Assembly (NCBI GenBank): GCA_038327245.1
Contig: JBBQKV010000001.1
Span: 1 to 56,445 of the forward strand
Reading direction: 5' to 3'
DNA length: 56,445 bases
Source of the DNA: Acidobacteriota bacterium
GTDB lineage: Bacteria > Acidobacteriota > Thermoanaerobaculia > UBA5066 > Gp7-AA6
The position numbers and the translations under genes are program-made. The notes under the pieces are model-generated. The model was not told where the DNA came from. It worked only from the letters and a program-made list of their open reading frames with translations, and did not search any database. Numbering within the stretch: position 1 is the stretch's first letter; the number at the start of each line of letters is the position of its first letter. Below are positions 1-8,199 of the stretch, piece by piece.

Positions 1-521
1 GCGATCTGCGCGTTCGTCTTTCCCTCCACGACGAGCTGAAAAACCTCCCGCTCGCGGTCGGTGAGGCGCTCGTAGGGGTCTTCCGGCAGCGGCCGGTCGC
101 TCTGGTAGGCCTCCGCGAGCGCTCGGCTCGCGTGCGGCCCGAAGTAGACCTTGCCCGCCTTCAACGCACGGATTCCCGCGATGAGCTCCGAGGCCGCGCT
201 GTCCTTCAACAGGTAGCCGGATGCGCCGGCCCGGACCATCTTCAACACGTACTCCTCGTCGTCGTGCATCGTCAGCACGAGGACGCGCGTGGCCGGGAGC
301 GACTCCCGAATCCGGCGCGCCGCCTCCAGTCCGGAGAGGTGCGGCATGCTGACGTCGAGCACGATGACGTCCGGCTTCAGCTTCGCCGCCTTTTCGACGG
401 CTTCGGCGCCGTCGGCTGCTTCGCCCACCACTTCGACCTCGTCGCTCGCCTTCAGGATCCCCACGAGACCCTGGCGGACGATCGTGTGATCGTCGGCCAC
501 GAGCACGCGGATGCGCGTCAT
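1..521 (-). CDS. NarL/LuxR-family response regulator (C-terminus cut by window edge)
   Basis: Hand translation from ATG at 521: MTRIRVLVADDHTIVRQGLVGILKASDEVEVVGEAADGAEAVEKAAKLKPDVIVLDVSMPHLSG (REC domain). Near position 1 it reads ...DREREVFQLVVEGKTNAQIA (LuxR HTH). The ATG overlaps the TGA of the upstream kinase (ATGA at 518-521). Confidence 0.85.
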   Translation of the reverse strand, partial: MTRIRVLVADDHTIVRQGLVGILKASDEVEVVGEAADGAEAVEKAAKLKPDVIVLDVSMPHLSGLEAARRIRESLPATRVLVLTMHDDEEYVLKMVRAGASGYLLKDSAASELIAGIRALKAGKVYFGPHASRALAEAYQSDRPLPEDPYERLTDREREVFQLVVEGKTNAQI

Positions 522-1288
522 CCTGCTCTCTCGTCCGGCAGCGGAATCTCGGCTTCGACGACGGTCCCTTCGCCCGGAACGGAACGCAGCCGGAAGCGGC
601 CGTGGAGGAATTCCACTCGGTCGCGCATCGCGCGGACGCCGAAGCCTCGCTCTTCGTCCTTCTCGGCGAGCGCCTCGTGCGAAAAGCCGGCGCCACGGTC
701 TTCGACGCGGACGGTCAGCAACTCCGGGTGGCGCCGGAGCGAGACTGTCGCCGCGCCCGCGCCCGAGTGTTTGGCCACGTTCGTCAGGGCCTCCTGGACG
801 ATCCGGTAAACGAGGGTCTCGACGTCCGGGTTTCCGCGGCTCTCGGCACCCTCGAAGGCGACCTCCACGACGATTCCGGTGCGCTTCTGGAAGGTCCGCG
901 CCAGCCACCGGAGCGTGGATTCGAGGCCGAGCTCGTCCAGCATTTGCGGCCTCAGCAGGTGGGAGAGCTGCCGGACCTCCGCGAGCGCCGTCTCCGACAG
1001 CTCCCGTGCACTCTCGACCCGGGACAGAATCTCGGGAAGCGCCTTCGCTTCGCCCTCGAGAAGCTCGAGCTGGATCTTCAAAGCCGTCAGGAGCTGGCCG
1101 ATTCCATCGTGCAGGTCGCGGGAGATTCTCGACCGCTCTTCCTCCTGGAGCCGGAAGACGCCGAGGGAGATCCGGCGGAAACGGCGCTCCGACTCGGCGA
1201 CCCGCTCGACGAGACGGGCGTTCTCCGACTTGATCCGGGCGACCTGTTCGGCGATCCGTTCGAGCCGATCGGGAGGCGAGCTAGCCAC
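518..1288 (-). CDS. Cytoplasmic histidine kinase (HisKA_3 + HATPase_c), no sensor or TM domain
   Basis: Frame of track ORF 518..1522. H-box RISRDLHDGIGQLL, N-box QEALTNVAKHSGA, G-boxes VEDRGAGF and GFGVRAMRDR. Start moved to the in-frame GTG at 1288 (VASSPPDRLERIAEQ...) because the upstream 78 codons overlap the kinase-TPR gene ending at 1281. Only a coiled-coil leader precedes the H-box. Confidence 0.8.
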   Translation of the reverse strand: MASSPPDRLERIAEQVARIKSENARLVERVAESERRFRRISLGVFRLQEEERSRISRDLHDGIGQLLTALKIQLELLEGEAKALPEILSRVESARELSETALAEVRQLSHLLRPQMLDELGLESTLRWLARTFQKRTGIVVEVAFEGAESRGNPDVETLVYRIVQEALTNVAKHSGAGAATVSLRRHPELLTVRVEDRGAGFSHEALAEKDEERGFGVRAMRDRVEFLHGRFRLRSVPGEGTVVEAEIPLPDERAG

Positions 1289-4200
1289 CGAGCCGCGCCT
1301 TGCTGTCGCCGGGCTTTCGCGAGAGGGCTTCGCGGATCGTCGGGAGCAGGTCGAACGTGGGACGCATGGCGGCGGGAACATTCTCCCGCAGCTTTGCGGC
1401 GTCCTGCGAGGCGCGGACGTATGCGTCGCCGCTCCCGGCGCGGTCGCCCTGCTTCTCCAGAGAGTGGGCCAGCAGAAGGGAAAGCCGGTAACGTCCGGCC
1501 TCCCATCCGGTTTCATCGGCAATCCGCAGCGCGCGTCGCGCGAGCTCTTCGGACCGGGCCCATCTCCCCCGCGCCGCTTCAGCGCGCGCCAGCCCTTCGG
1601 CCGCGCGGATCGTCAGGAGGGCATGGCCCAGCGACTCGGCCTCGGAAAGCGCGCGCGAGAGATCGGTTGCCGCTGCCGCCTCACCCCGGTCGGCCGCGGC
1701 CGATGCGGCGGCGATCCGGGAGTCGAGCATCGCCGCCCGGCTGCCGCTCTCTTTCGCGAGCGCAACACCCCTCGCGAAGGAGCGGCGGGCGGGCTCTGTC
1801 TCGCCACGGGCGGAGAGCCACTCTCCCTCCAGAACAGCCAGGTCCGCGGACTGCTCGCGGTTCTCGGTCTCCTTCAGCCAGCCCCGCGCCGCGTCGAGCC
1901 GGATCCGGACTTCATCGAGCTGGCCGAGCAGAAGTCTCACCTCCGCCTCTTTCAGAGTGAACTCGGCGAGCGCGGGCTTGAGATCCAGCGGGCGGAGGAT
2001 CGCGAGCGCCGACGCGAACGACTCCAGGGCAGCGTCGAACCGGCCGCGATACGCGGAAAGCGCCGCGATGTTTCCGAGGGAAATCGCCTCCGCGTTCTTG
2101 AACCCGATCTCGCGGCTGTCTTCCAGCGCCTCGACGAAGGACTTCAGCGCTTCGTCCCACTTTCCCTGGGCGGTCTGAAGAAATCCCATGTTCTGAACGG
2201 AGAGGACGATCCCGTTCTTCTCCCCGGTGCGACGCCGCAGATCGAGCGCCTGTTTCCAGTACACGAGCGCGTTGTCGTACTCGCCCTGCAGGTAGTAGAT
2301 GTACCCCACGTTGTCGTAGCTCTGGGAGATGAGACGCTCGTCCCCCAGGCCACGCCGGATCTTCAGGGCGTCCTGGTACGCCGCGAGGGCCGGAGCGTAT
2401 GCACCGCGGCCCTCGTGAAGGAGACCGAAATCGTTCATGACGTCGGACAGCCCGCCGCGGTCCCCGATCTTCTGGAAGAGGCCGCGAGCGCGCGATAGGT
2501 CCCCCTCGGCGTCGCGGGAACGGCCGAGCGCGAGGTTCACCATCGCGCGGTTCCGCAGGGTCGAGGCGAGACCGCGGTCATCTCCCAGGCGGCCGCGCGC
2601 CTCGGAGGCCGCCGTGTAGGCTTCGAGAGCCCGCGGATACTCCCCCAGCTGCTGGTGGGCGACACCCATCGCGTTCAGGACGTCGGCCTTTCCCTTGTCG
2701 TTCCCAAGCCGGGTGTGCAGTGCGAGCGCGCGAACCAGGTAGTCGCTCGCGGCGCGGGCCGGATCTCCCGCGAGGATGGAGTTCTTCCCGAGCTGGAACC
2801 ACGCCCTCGGGTCGGCGGGGTCGAGCTCGACCGCCTTCCGGAGAGTCGTCACGGCTTCGGAGTTGTGGCCCTGGGCCGCCTGGGCTGCCGCGAGGTCGAG
2901 CCGCGGCTCCGAGTCGAACGGGTACCGCCGGAGCAGCTCCTGAAACTGTTTCTCCGCGTCCTGAGGCTTGCCCGCGAGCAGGGCCGCCCGCGCGCGAACG
3001 CGATACGCGATCCGGTTCTCGCTCGATCCGACCGTGCGGAGGGCGCGGTTCGCGGCGGCGACCGCCTTCTCCTCGCGCCCGAGGCCCTGGTACGTCTCGG
3101 CGAGTCGCTCGAACGCGGCGGCGAAGCCCGGATCCGCGGCGACCGCCTTTTCGAAATTGGGGGCCGCACCCAAGTCGTCTCCCGCCAGGAGACGTTGCCG
3201 TCCGGCCTCGTAGGCCCGCGCGGCGTCGACGGAGCCCGTTTCGGGAGCGCTCTTCTCGGCGGTCTCGCGGGACGTAAACCCGAGCTCGCCGCGGAGCCGT
3301 CCTGCCAGAGTGCGGACCGCGGCGAACAGTCCTTCCGGCCCGTCGGCCTCCACGGAGACGTACCGGCTCGCGAGGCCGGACGGACCGACCCGGGCCAGAC
3401 GGAGATCCACGCGCAGCCGGCTTCCCGAGCGGCGGATGGCGCCGGTGACGATCTGCCCCACGCTCCAAAGGTCGGCGAGCTGAGCGAGCGTCGCCTCGTC
3501 GTACTTGCCGGGGGTGAGTCTCAGGTCTCGCAGATTTCGGAGAATGCGGAGCGAGTCCAGGATTCGGAGCTCTCCGGTTTCGGAGAGGTTCGCCGCCAGC
3601 ATCTCCGGAATTCCGGTGCTTGCCCACGCGAGCGCGGGGTCGGCGGTCTCGTCGGAAAGCGGGAGGAGGGCGATCGCCCCCCGCGCGGCGGCGGCCGAAG
3701 ATGCCGCGGCGGCAACCGCGGGCGGCGACGGCGCGGAGACGTTTCGACGTTGCCGGAGGAGGACCCACGCCGCGATCGCCGCCAGAACGACGAGGATGGC
3801 GAGCGTCCCCGCGACGCCCGCGCGGACCGGCGGCCGGATGTTTCGACCCGCCCCCGCGCGGTCGAGATCCGCGACAAGCGCGGCGGCGTCCGGATACCGG
3901 CGCGCCGGGCTGCGCTCCAGGAGCTTCCGCACCACGGCCCGGACCCACGCCGGGGCGTGTATCCCGGTCTCGGAGACGTCGCGCGCCCGCCCCGCGAGGC
4001 GCTGACCCAGCATCTCGGCCTGCGAACCGGCGCGGAAAGGGAGCTGCCCCGTGAGCATTTCGTAGAAAACGATCCCGAGTGCGTACAGGTCCGTCCGGCC
4101 GTCCACGGGATCTCCCGCGATCTGTTCGGGCGAGAGGTAATCGGGCGTGCCGACCACGGCCCCCGCCCTCGTCAGCCCGTCGCTCGCGAGCGAGCGCGCG

Positions 4201-4727
4201 ACGCCGAAGTCCGTGATGAAGGCGCCGTCTTCCGCGTCGAGAAGGATGTTTCCGGGCTTCAAGTCTCGATGGATGACGCCGGCGCGGTGGGCCTCCTCCA
4301 GGGCCGACGCGACCTGGCGGACGATCGGCACTGCCCGCGACGGAGGCATCGGTCCCTCGCGCTCGAGGACCTCGGAGAGGGAGCGGCCTTCGACGTAGCG
4401 CATCGTCAGGAAGCGCAAGCCCTCGTGCTCGCCGATGTCGTGAATCCGGACGACGTTCTTGTGCGTGACCTCCCGGGCGAGCCGCAGCTCGCTTCGGAAC
4501 CGTTCGAGGACCGCGGGCTCGCTTCCCAGATCCGGCCGAAGAACCTTCAGCGCGGCGTCCACTCCGAGCTCCTCGTCGCGGGCGCGGTACACGACCCCCA
4601 TGCCGCCGACTCCGGCCACGGACACGATCCGGTAGCGCCCCGCGACCAGGGTTCCGGGAGCGAACCGCCGCGTGACGTCGACGCTCGTCACCGTCGGAGC
4701 CAGCCCCGGCGGCGGCGGGTCGCTCAC
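1281..4727 (-). CDS. Hanks-type Ser/Thr protein kinase with one TM helix and a long C-terminal TPR array
   Basis: 1148-aa ORF. Kinase motifs GGMGVVYRA, AALKVL, HRDLKPGNILL, ITDFGVAR, GTPDYLSPEQ. TM helix VAGTLAILVVLAAIAAWVLL. Then many TPR-like repeats. GTG start at 4727 overlaps the FHA gene stop (GTGA). Confidence 0.9.
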   Translation of the reverse strand: MSDPPPPGLAPTVTSVDVTRRFAPGTLVAGRYRIVSVAGVGGMGVVYRARDEELGVDAALKVLRPDLGSEPAVLERFRSELRLAREVTHKNVVRIHDIGEHEGLRFLTMRYVEGRSLSEVLEREGPMPPSRAVPIVRQVASALEEAHRAGVIHRDLKPGNILLDAEDGAFITDFGVARSLASDGLTRAGAVVGTPDYLSPEQIAGDPVDGRTDLYALGIVFYEMLTGQLPFRAGSQAEMLGQRLAGRARDVSETGIHAPAWVRAVVRKLLERSPARRYPDAAALVADLDRAGAGRNIRPPVRAGVAGTLAILVVLAAIAAWVLLRQRRNVSAPSPPAVAAAASSAAAARGAIALLPLSDETADPALAWASTGIPEMLAANLSETGELRILDSLRILRNLRDLRLTPGKYDEATLAQLADLWSVGQIVTGAIRRSGSRLRVDLRLARVGPSGLASRYVSVEADGPEGLFAAVRTLAGRLRGELGFTSRETAEKSAPETGSVDAARAYEAGRQRLLAGDDLGAAPNFEKAVAADPGFAAAFERLAETYQGLGREEKAVAAANRALRTVGSSENRIAYRVRARAALLAGKPQDAEKQFQELLRRYPFDSEPRLDLAAAQAAQGHNSEAVTTLRKAVELDPADPRAWFQLGKNSILAGDPARAASDYLVRALALHTRLGNDKGKADVLNAMGVAHQQLGEYPRALEAYTAASEARGRLGDDRGLASTLRNRAMVNLALGRSRDAEGDLSRARGLFQKIGDRGGLSDVMNDFGLLHEGRGAYAPALAAYQDALKIRRGLGDERLISQSYDNVGYIYYLQGEYDNALVYWKQALDLRRRTGEKNGIVLSVQNMGFLQTAQGKWDEALKSFVEALEDSREIGFKNAEAISLGNIAALSAYRGRFDAALESFASALAILRPLDLKPALAEFTLKEAEVRLLLGQLDEVRIRLDAARGWLKETENREQSADLAVLEGEWLSARGETEPARRSFARGVALAKESGSRAAMLDSRIAAASAAADRGEAAAATDLSRALSEAESLGHALLTIRAAEGLARAEAARGRWARSEELARRALRIADETGWEAGRYRLSLLLAHSLEKQGDRAGSGDAYVRASQDAAKLRENVPAAMRPTFDLLPTIREALSRKPGDSKARLGG

Positions 4728-5662
4728 GGCAACGAAGTCCCGGCGCGGGATCCGACCGAGATTTCGGCAACGCGGCGCTCGAGAGCATCGAAGAAGCGAC
4801 GCTCCTCCCCCTGGTTCCCCGAAGACTCGAGCATCTCGCGGATCTCGTCGTCGATCCGGAGAGTCGAGAGGACGACGGAGACGTTCGCGGCCAGTGCTTC
4901 CAGGATTTCCAGGTCGAGCTCCGTGAAGACGCCGCCCTCCTTGCGACCGTCCACGTAGATCAGGCCGATGCGCCGCTCCTCCGAGGAGAGCGGGACGCAG
5001 GCCAAGGTTCGAATTTTGAGCTCGAGCACGCTCGGCCGCTTCCCGAGGAAGGCGTCGTTCGTCGCGTCGGAGGCCACGACCGACTCGCCGGTCTCCAAGA
5101 CGCGGGCGATCGCCCCGAACGAGAGGTCGAAGCGTTCATCGAGCGCTCCTTCGGAGAACCCGGCGGCGACCTCGGCCTCCAGCGCACCGTCCGCGCCGAT
5201 CAGGAGCACGAACCCGCGCTCCGCGCCGGTCACGGACAGGACGGATCCGAGCAGCCGCTGAAGGAGCTGGCGGCGGTCCGGCTCGACCGCGAGATCCCGT
5301 GTGATCTCGACCGAGGTCTTGAGCCGGCGGGCCCGCTCAAACTCGAGGGACCGCAACTCCTCCTCGGAAACGAGCTCGAACCGCGCGAGAAGTCCCCCGA
5401 AGCTGATCCAGTCCTCGTCGCCGAGCGGCGATCCGGCGGCCGGCGCTCCGCCGAGGAAGGTTCCGTTCTTGCTGCCGAGATCGTGGAGGGACCAGCCGCG
5501 ACCCGTCCACTCGATCGAGGCGTGCCGGGCCGAAACCCTCGGGTCATCGAAGACCACGTCGTTGACGGCAGGGTCCCGGCCGACGCGGCGGGTTTCCCCC
5601 TCCCGCAGAACGAAGTGCCGGGACGCTCCCCGCGCCGGGAAGAGCGTCAATTTCGCGGCCAC
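4724..5662 (-). CDS. FHA domain + GAF-like domain protein
   Basis: GTG start at 5662. FHA signature GRDPAVNDVVFDDPRVSARHASIEW...LHDLGSKNGTFLGG. The C-terminal half looks GAF-like (GFVLLIGADGALE...LACVPL...IGLIYVDG). Confidence 0.85.
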   Translation of the reverse strand: MAAKLTLFPARGASRHFVLREGETRRVGRDPAVNDVVFDDPRVSARHASIEWTGRGWSLHDLGSKNGTFLGGAPAAGSPLGDEDWISFGGLLARFELVSEEELRSLEFERARRLKTSVEITRDLAVEPDRRQLLQRLLGSVLSVTGAERGFVLLIGADGALEAEVAAGFSEGALDERFDLSFGAIARVLETGESVVASDATNDAFLGKRPSVLELKIRTLACVPLSSEERRIGLIYVDGRKEGGVFTELDLEILEALAANVSVVLSTLRIDDEIREMLESSGNQGEERRFFDALERRVAEISVGSRAGTSLP

Positions 5663-5712
5663 GGAAGGAGTCTACTGCCGCGTCGAGCGGTCCGGCTCCC
5701 TACCGAGGCAGC

Positions 5713-6561
5713 TTACTGAGGCAACGGAGACAGATTCGACTTGAAGACCAGGCTGTACTTGAGCGTGTCCGCGCTGGAGCGGAGCAGCCCGGCCACGTTC
5801 ACGGGACCGCCGTTGGCTCGCCAGACGTTCGGAATCGCGGCTCCGCTCTGTTTCTTGACCTCGTCGGCAAATCCGCCCAAACCGTCGATGGCGGCCGCGA
5901 GCAAACCGGTGTTGTAGTTGGCGCGCGCCTGGTTCAGACGCTGCTGGAGATCGGCCGCGACGGCCGGAGCGATCGCGGAAGAGTTCGCCGAGAGCTGGCC
6001 CTGCACCGCGTCGAACTTGCCGACGATCACGGAGTCGACCGGCCGCGTGTCCGCCGTGATGAGGAACTCGGAGAAGCCGGGTCCGGAGCCGCCGGCGCGC
6101 ACGCTTCCGGCCTGCAGATAGCCGGTCATGTCCTGGAAGCTCCCGCCGCCGGGCGCCCGATAGAGCCGCAGCGGCGAGTTGGCGCCGAGGGTCAGGTTGT
6201 GCGTGTAGAGCGACAGCTTGTAGACGCCCTCGAAGGCGAGAGCGCTCGAAGCCGGAGGCTCGATCTTGACGACGACCGGGAATCCCGCGGGAAGCGAGAC
6301 GCCGCTCGGCAACCGGGACATGAGGGTGAGATCCTTGGGATCGACGAGAGTGGCCGTGAACGCCAGCGCGCTCGGGTTCAAACCAACGACGCTTTCGAAC
6401 GTGATCGTCAGGTCGGCTGCAACGCCGCCCGCGAGCTCGATCCGGGCCGTCAGCTCATTGCCGGAGATGGTCGGGACGAGCGCGGTCTGACCAGATCCCG
6501 GCAGCGAGATGGCGGACAGGACGAGAAAGGAGAAAAGGACGGAGCACCATCGATTCCTCAT
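5713..6561 (-). CDS. Secreted hypothetical protein
   Basis: Track ORF 5713..6705 trimmed to ATG 6561 (MRNRWCSVLFSFLVLSAISLPGSGQ, a signal peptide) preceded by GGAGGGGAAAA. No recognisable catalytic motif. Confidence 0.6.
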   Translation of the reverse strand: MRNRWCSVLFSFLVLSAISLPGSGQTALVPTISGNELTARIELAGGVAADLTITFESVVGLNPSALAFTATLVDPKDLTLMSRLPSGVSLPAGFPVVVKIEPPASSALAFEGVYKLSLYTHNLTLGANSPLRLYRAPGGGSFQDMTGYLQAGSVRAGGSGPGFSEFLITADTRPVDSVIVGKFDAVQGQLSANSSAIAPAVAADLQQRLNQARANYNTGLLAAAIDGLGGFADEVKKQSGAAIPNVWRANGGPVNVAGLLRSSADTLKYSLVFKSNLSPLPQ

Positions 6562-6669
6562 TTTTCCCCTCCGTGGCATCTGGCGGACTCTAATATGCAT
6601 TCGGTGTTCCCGAAAGGGGACTTTTTGTCGCCCCCGACCCGGATGTGACGGCCCGCACAATTCCTGAGC

Positions 6670-6696
6670 AAAAAGAAAAGGGGGCGCAAGCCCCCT
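6670..6696 (-). terminator. Rho-independent terminator of the RRM gene
   Basis: Minus strand reads GGGGGC-ttgc-GCCCCC followed by TTTTCTTTTT, about 50 nt after the stop at 6745. Confidence 0.65.
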
Positions 6697-6744
6697 GAAA
6701 CTCATCCCTCCGACCGGCCAGAGGCCGTCCGAAGTTTGGAGAGA

Positions 6745-7038
6745 CTAGTACCGGTCGCGGCCGGGACGGCCTCCGCCGCCTCCGCCGCCGCCGCCCGTCT
6801 TGGGACGGGCCTCGTTGACCGTCAGCGCGCGACCGCCGTACTCCTGACCCGAGAGGGCCTGGATGGCGGCGCGAGCCTCGGCGTCGTTGCCGAACTCCAC
6901 GAAGCCGAAGCCCTTGGAGCGCCCGGTCTCGCGGTCCGTGATGACTGCCACGGAGTCGATGCTGCCGTACTGCGAGAAAAGATTGCGGAGATCGTCCTCC
7001 GTCGTGTTGTAGGGAAGGTTGCCAACATAAAGCTTCAT
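6745..7038 (-). CDS. RRM-type RNA-binding protein with glycine-rich tail
   Basis: MKLYVGNLPY (RNP2) and KGFGFVEF (RNP1). The C-terminus is KTGGGGGGGGGRPGRDRY. Confidence 0.9.
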   Translation of the reverse strand: MKLYVGNLPYNTTEDDLRNLFSQYGSIDSVAVITDRETGRSKGFGFVEFGNDAEARAAIQALSGQEYGGRALTVNEARPKTGGGGGGGGGRPGRDRY

Positions 7039-7212
7039 CGAAACATGATCCTGTTCCGGCGTTTCAATTGATTCGACCCACCGACGCGCCGCTCGACGGT
7101 GCCCGACCCCCCCGTGGATCGTCGGACTTCATCGGGACGCGAAACTGCGTGCGGAAGGCGAGCGAGTACGGGAAGACGTAAAGGATAGCAGCTTGAGCCC
7201 CGAAAGCAAGGG

Positions 7213-8199
7213 TCAAGCGCCGGGGGGCCGGAGGTCCTGAAGGGCCAGAGCGACGTACCGCGACGTCATGGACTTGCGCCACAGGAACGAGAAGTCGGTG
7301 TTGTCCATGGGGCGGGACGGTCCCGCGGCCGCCGCGGCTGCGGCGGCGATCGAGGCTTCGTCCAGCGGGCGGCCGGTGAGAGCGGCTTCGGAGGCGGAAA
7401 GGCGGATCGGCGCGGAGGCCACTCCGCCGAGAACCAGCCGCGCCGCCGTCACGACCCGTCCCTCCCGCCACACCGCCGCTCCGACCGACAGCACCGGGAA
7501 GTCGAACGCGCCCCGGCGCCGGAGCTTCCGGTAGCTCGCGCACCAGCCGTTCGCGGCCGGGAGAACGACGTCGGTCAACAGCTCGTCGGGACGCTTTGTC
7601 ACGTAGTCGATTCCGTCGTTGCGGTAGAGGTCCTCGACGGCAATCTCCCGTTGGCCCTCCGGCGATGCGAGGACCGCCCGCGCGCCTATCGCGATCAGGA
7701 CCGGCACGGAGTCGGCGGACTGCACCGCGAGACACTTCGGCGAGCCCGGCGCAACCCAGCAGACCGTGCCGTCCTTCTTCATGCAGAAGTCGATGGCCTG
7801 GCGCCACTCGAGATTCTGATCGTAGTAGTTGCAGCGAGTGTCGAGCAGGAGGTTTCCGCCGAGCGTCCCCATGTTGCGCAGAGGCGGCGTCGAAATCTCC
7901 GAGATCGCGTGGGCGAGGCCGGGGTAGGTCTTCCGCACGCGGGGATCGTGCTCGACCTGCGACAGAAGGAGCCCGGCGCCGAGCGAGAGGCGGCCGTCCG
8001 TCTCGCGAACCTGGACGAGCTCGGGGATCCGGGAGAGTCCCACGACGACTTTCGGCGTCTGCTGCCGCCGCTTCATGTTCGGGTAGAGGTCGGTGCCTCC
8101 CGCGACGAACGCGCCGTCGGAGCCGGCGTCCGAACGGATCGCGATCGCCTCCGCGACCGTTCGCGGCGCGTAATAGTGAAACTTCGGCAACCGCATCAT
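7213..8199 (-). CDS. FAD-binding medium subunit of a xanthine-dehydrogenase-family enzyme, with a 4-Cys insert (4-hydroxybenzoyl-CoA reductase beta-like)
   Basis: Start at the ATGATG at 8199 (MMRLPKFHYYAPRTVAEAIA...AFVAGGTDLYPNMK), overlapping the large-subunit TGA (ATGA). Insert: DTRCNYYDQNLEWRQAIDFCMKKDGTVCWVAPGSPKCLAV. Confidence 0.85.
   Translation of the reverse strand: MMRLPKFHYYAPRTVAEAIAIRSDAGSDGAFVAGGTDLYPNMKRRQQTPKVVVGLSRIPELVQVRETDGRLSLGAGLLLSQVEHDPRVRKTYPGLAHAISEISTPPLRNMGTLGGNLLLDTRCNYYDQNLEWRQAIDFCMKKDGTVCWVAPGSPKCLAVQSADSVPVLIAIGARAVLASPEGQREIAVEDLYRNDGIDYVTKRPDELLTDVVLPAANGWCASYRKLRRRGAFDFPVLSVGAAVWREGRVVTAARLVLGGVASAPIRLSASEAALTGRPLDEASIAAAAAAAAGPSRPMDNTDFSFLWRKSMTSRYVALALQDLRPPGA

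Noticed and set aside
602-2498. Plus-strand ORFs 602..1960 and 879..2498 (452 and 539 aa)
   Set aside because: They are antisense shadows of the histidine kinase and kinase-TPR genes. They have no motifs and an Arg-rich composition.
2578-4788. 736-aa minus-strand ORF (and the 767-aa plus-strand ORF 2655..4958) overlapping the Ser/Thr kinase gene
   Set aside because: The translations are extreme Arg/Pro/Gly/Ala low-complexity sequences, typical of out-of-frame or antisense reading of GC-rich coding DNA. The 1281..4727 frame carries all the kinase and TPR motifs.
6605-6626. Plus-strand hairpin gttccc-gaaa-ggggac followed by TTTTT that looks like a terminator
   Set aside because: No plus-strand gene lies upstream for more than 6 kb. 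It sits in the promoter or leader region of the minus-strand gene 5713..6561, so I do not call it a terminator.
7039-7212. Possible terminator or structured leader (GCTTGACCC...GGGGCTCAAGC) between the FAD-subunit gene and the RRM gene
   Set aside because: The stem is imperfect and has no T-run. It could be a weak terminator or part of the RRM gene leader, but the evidence is insufficient.
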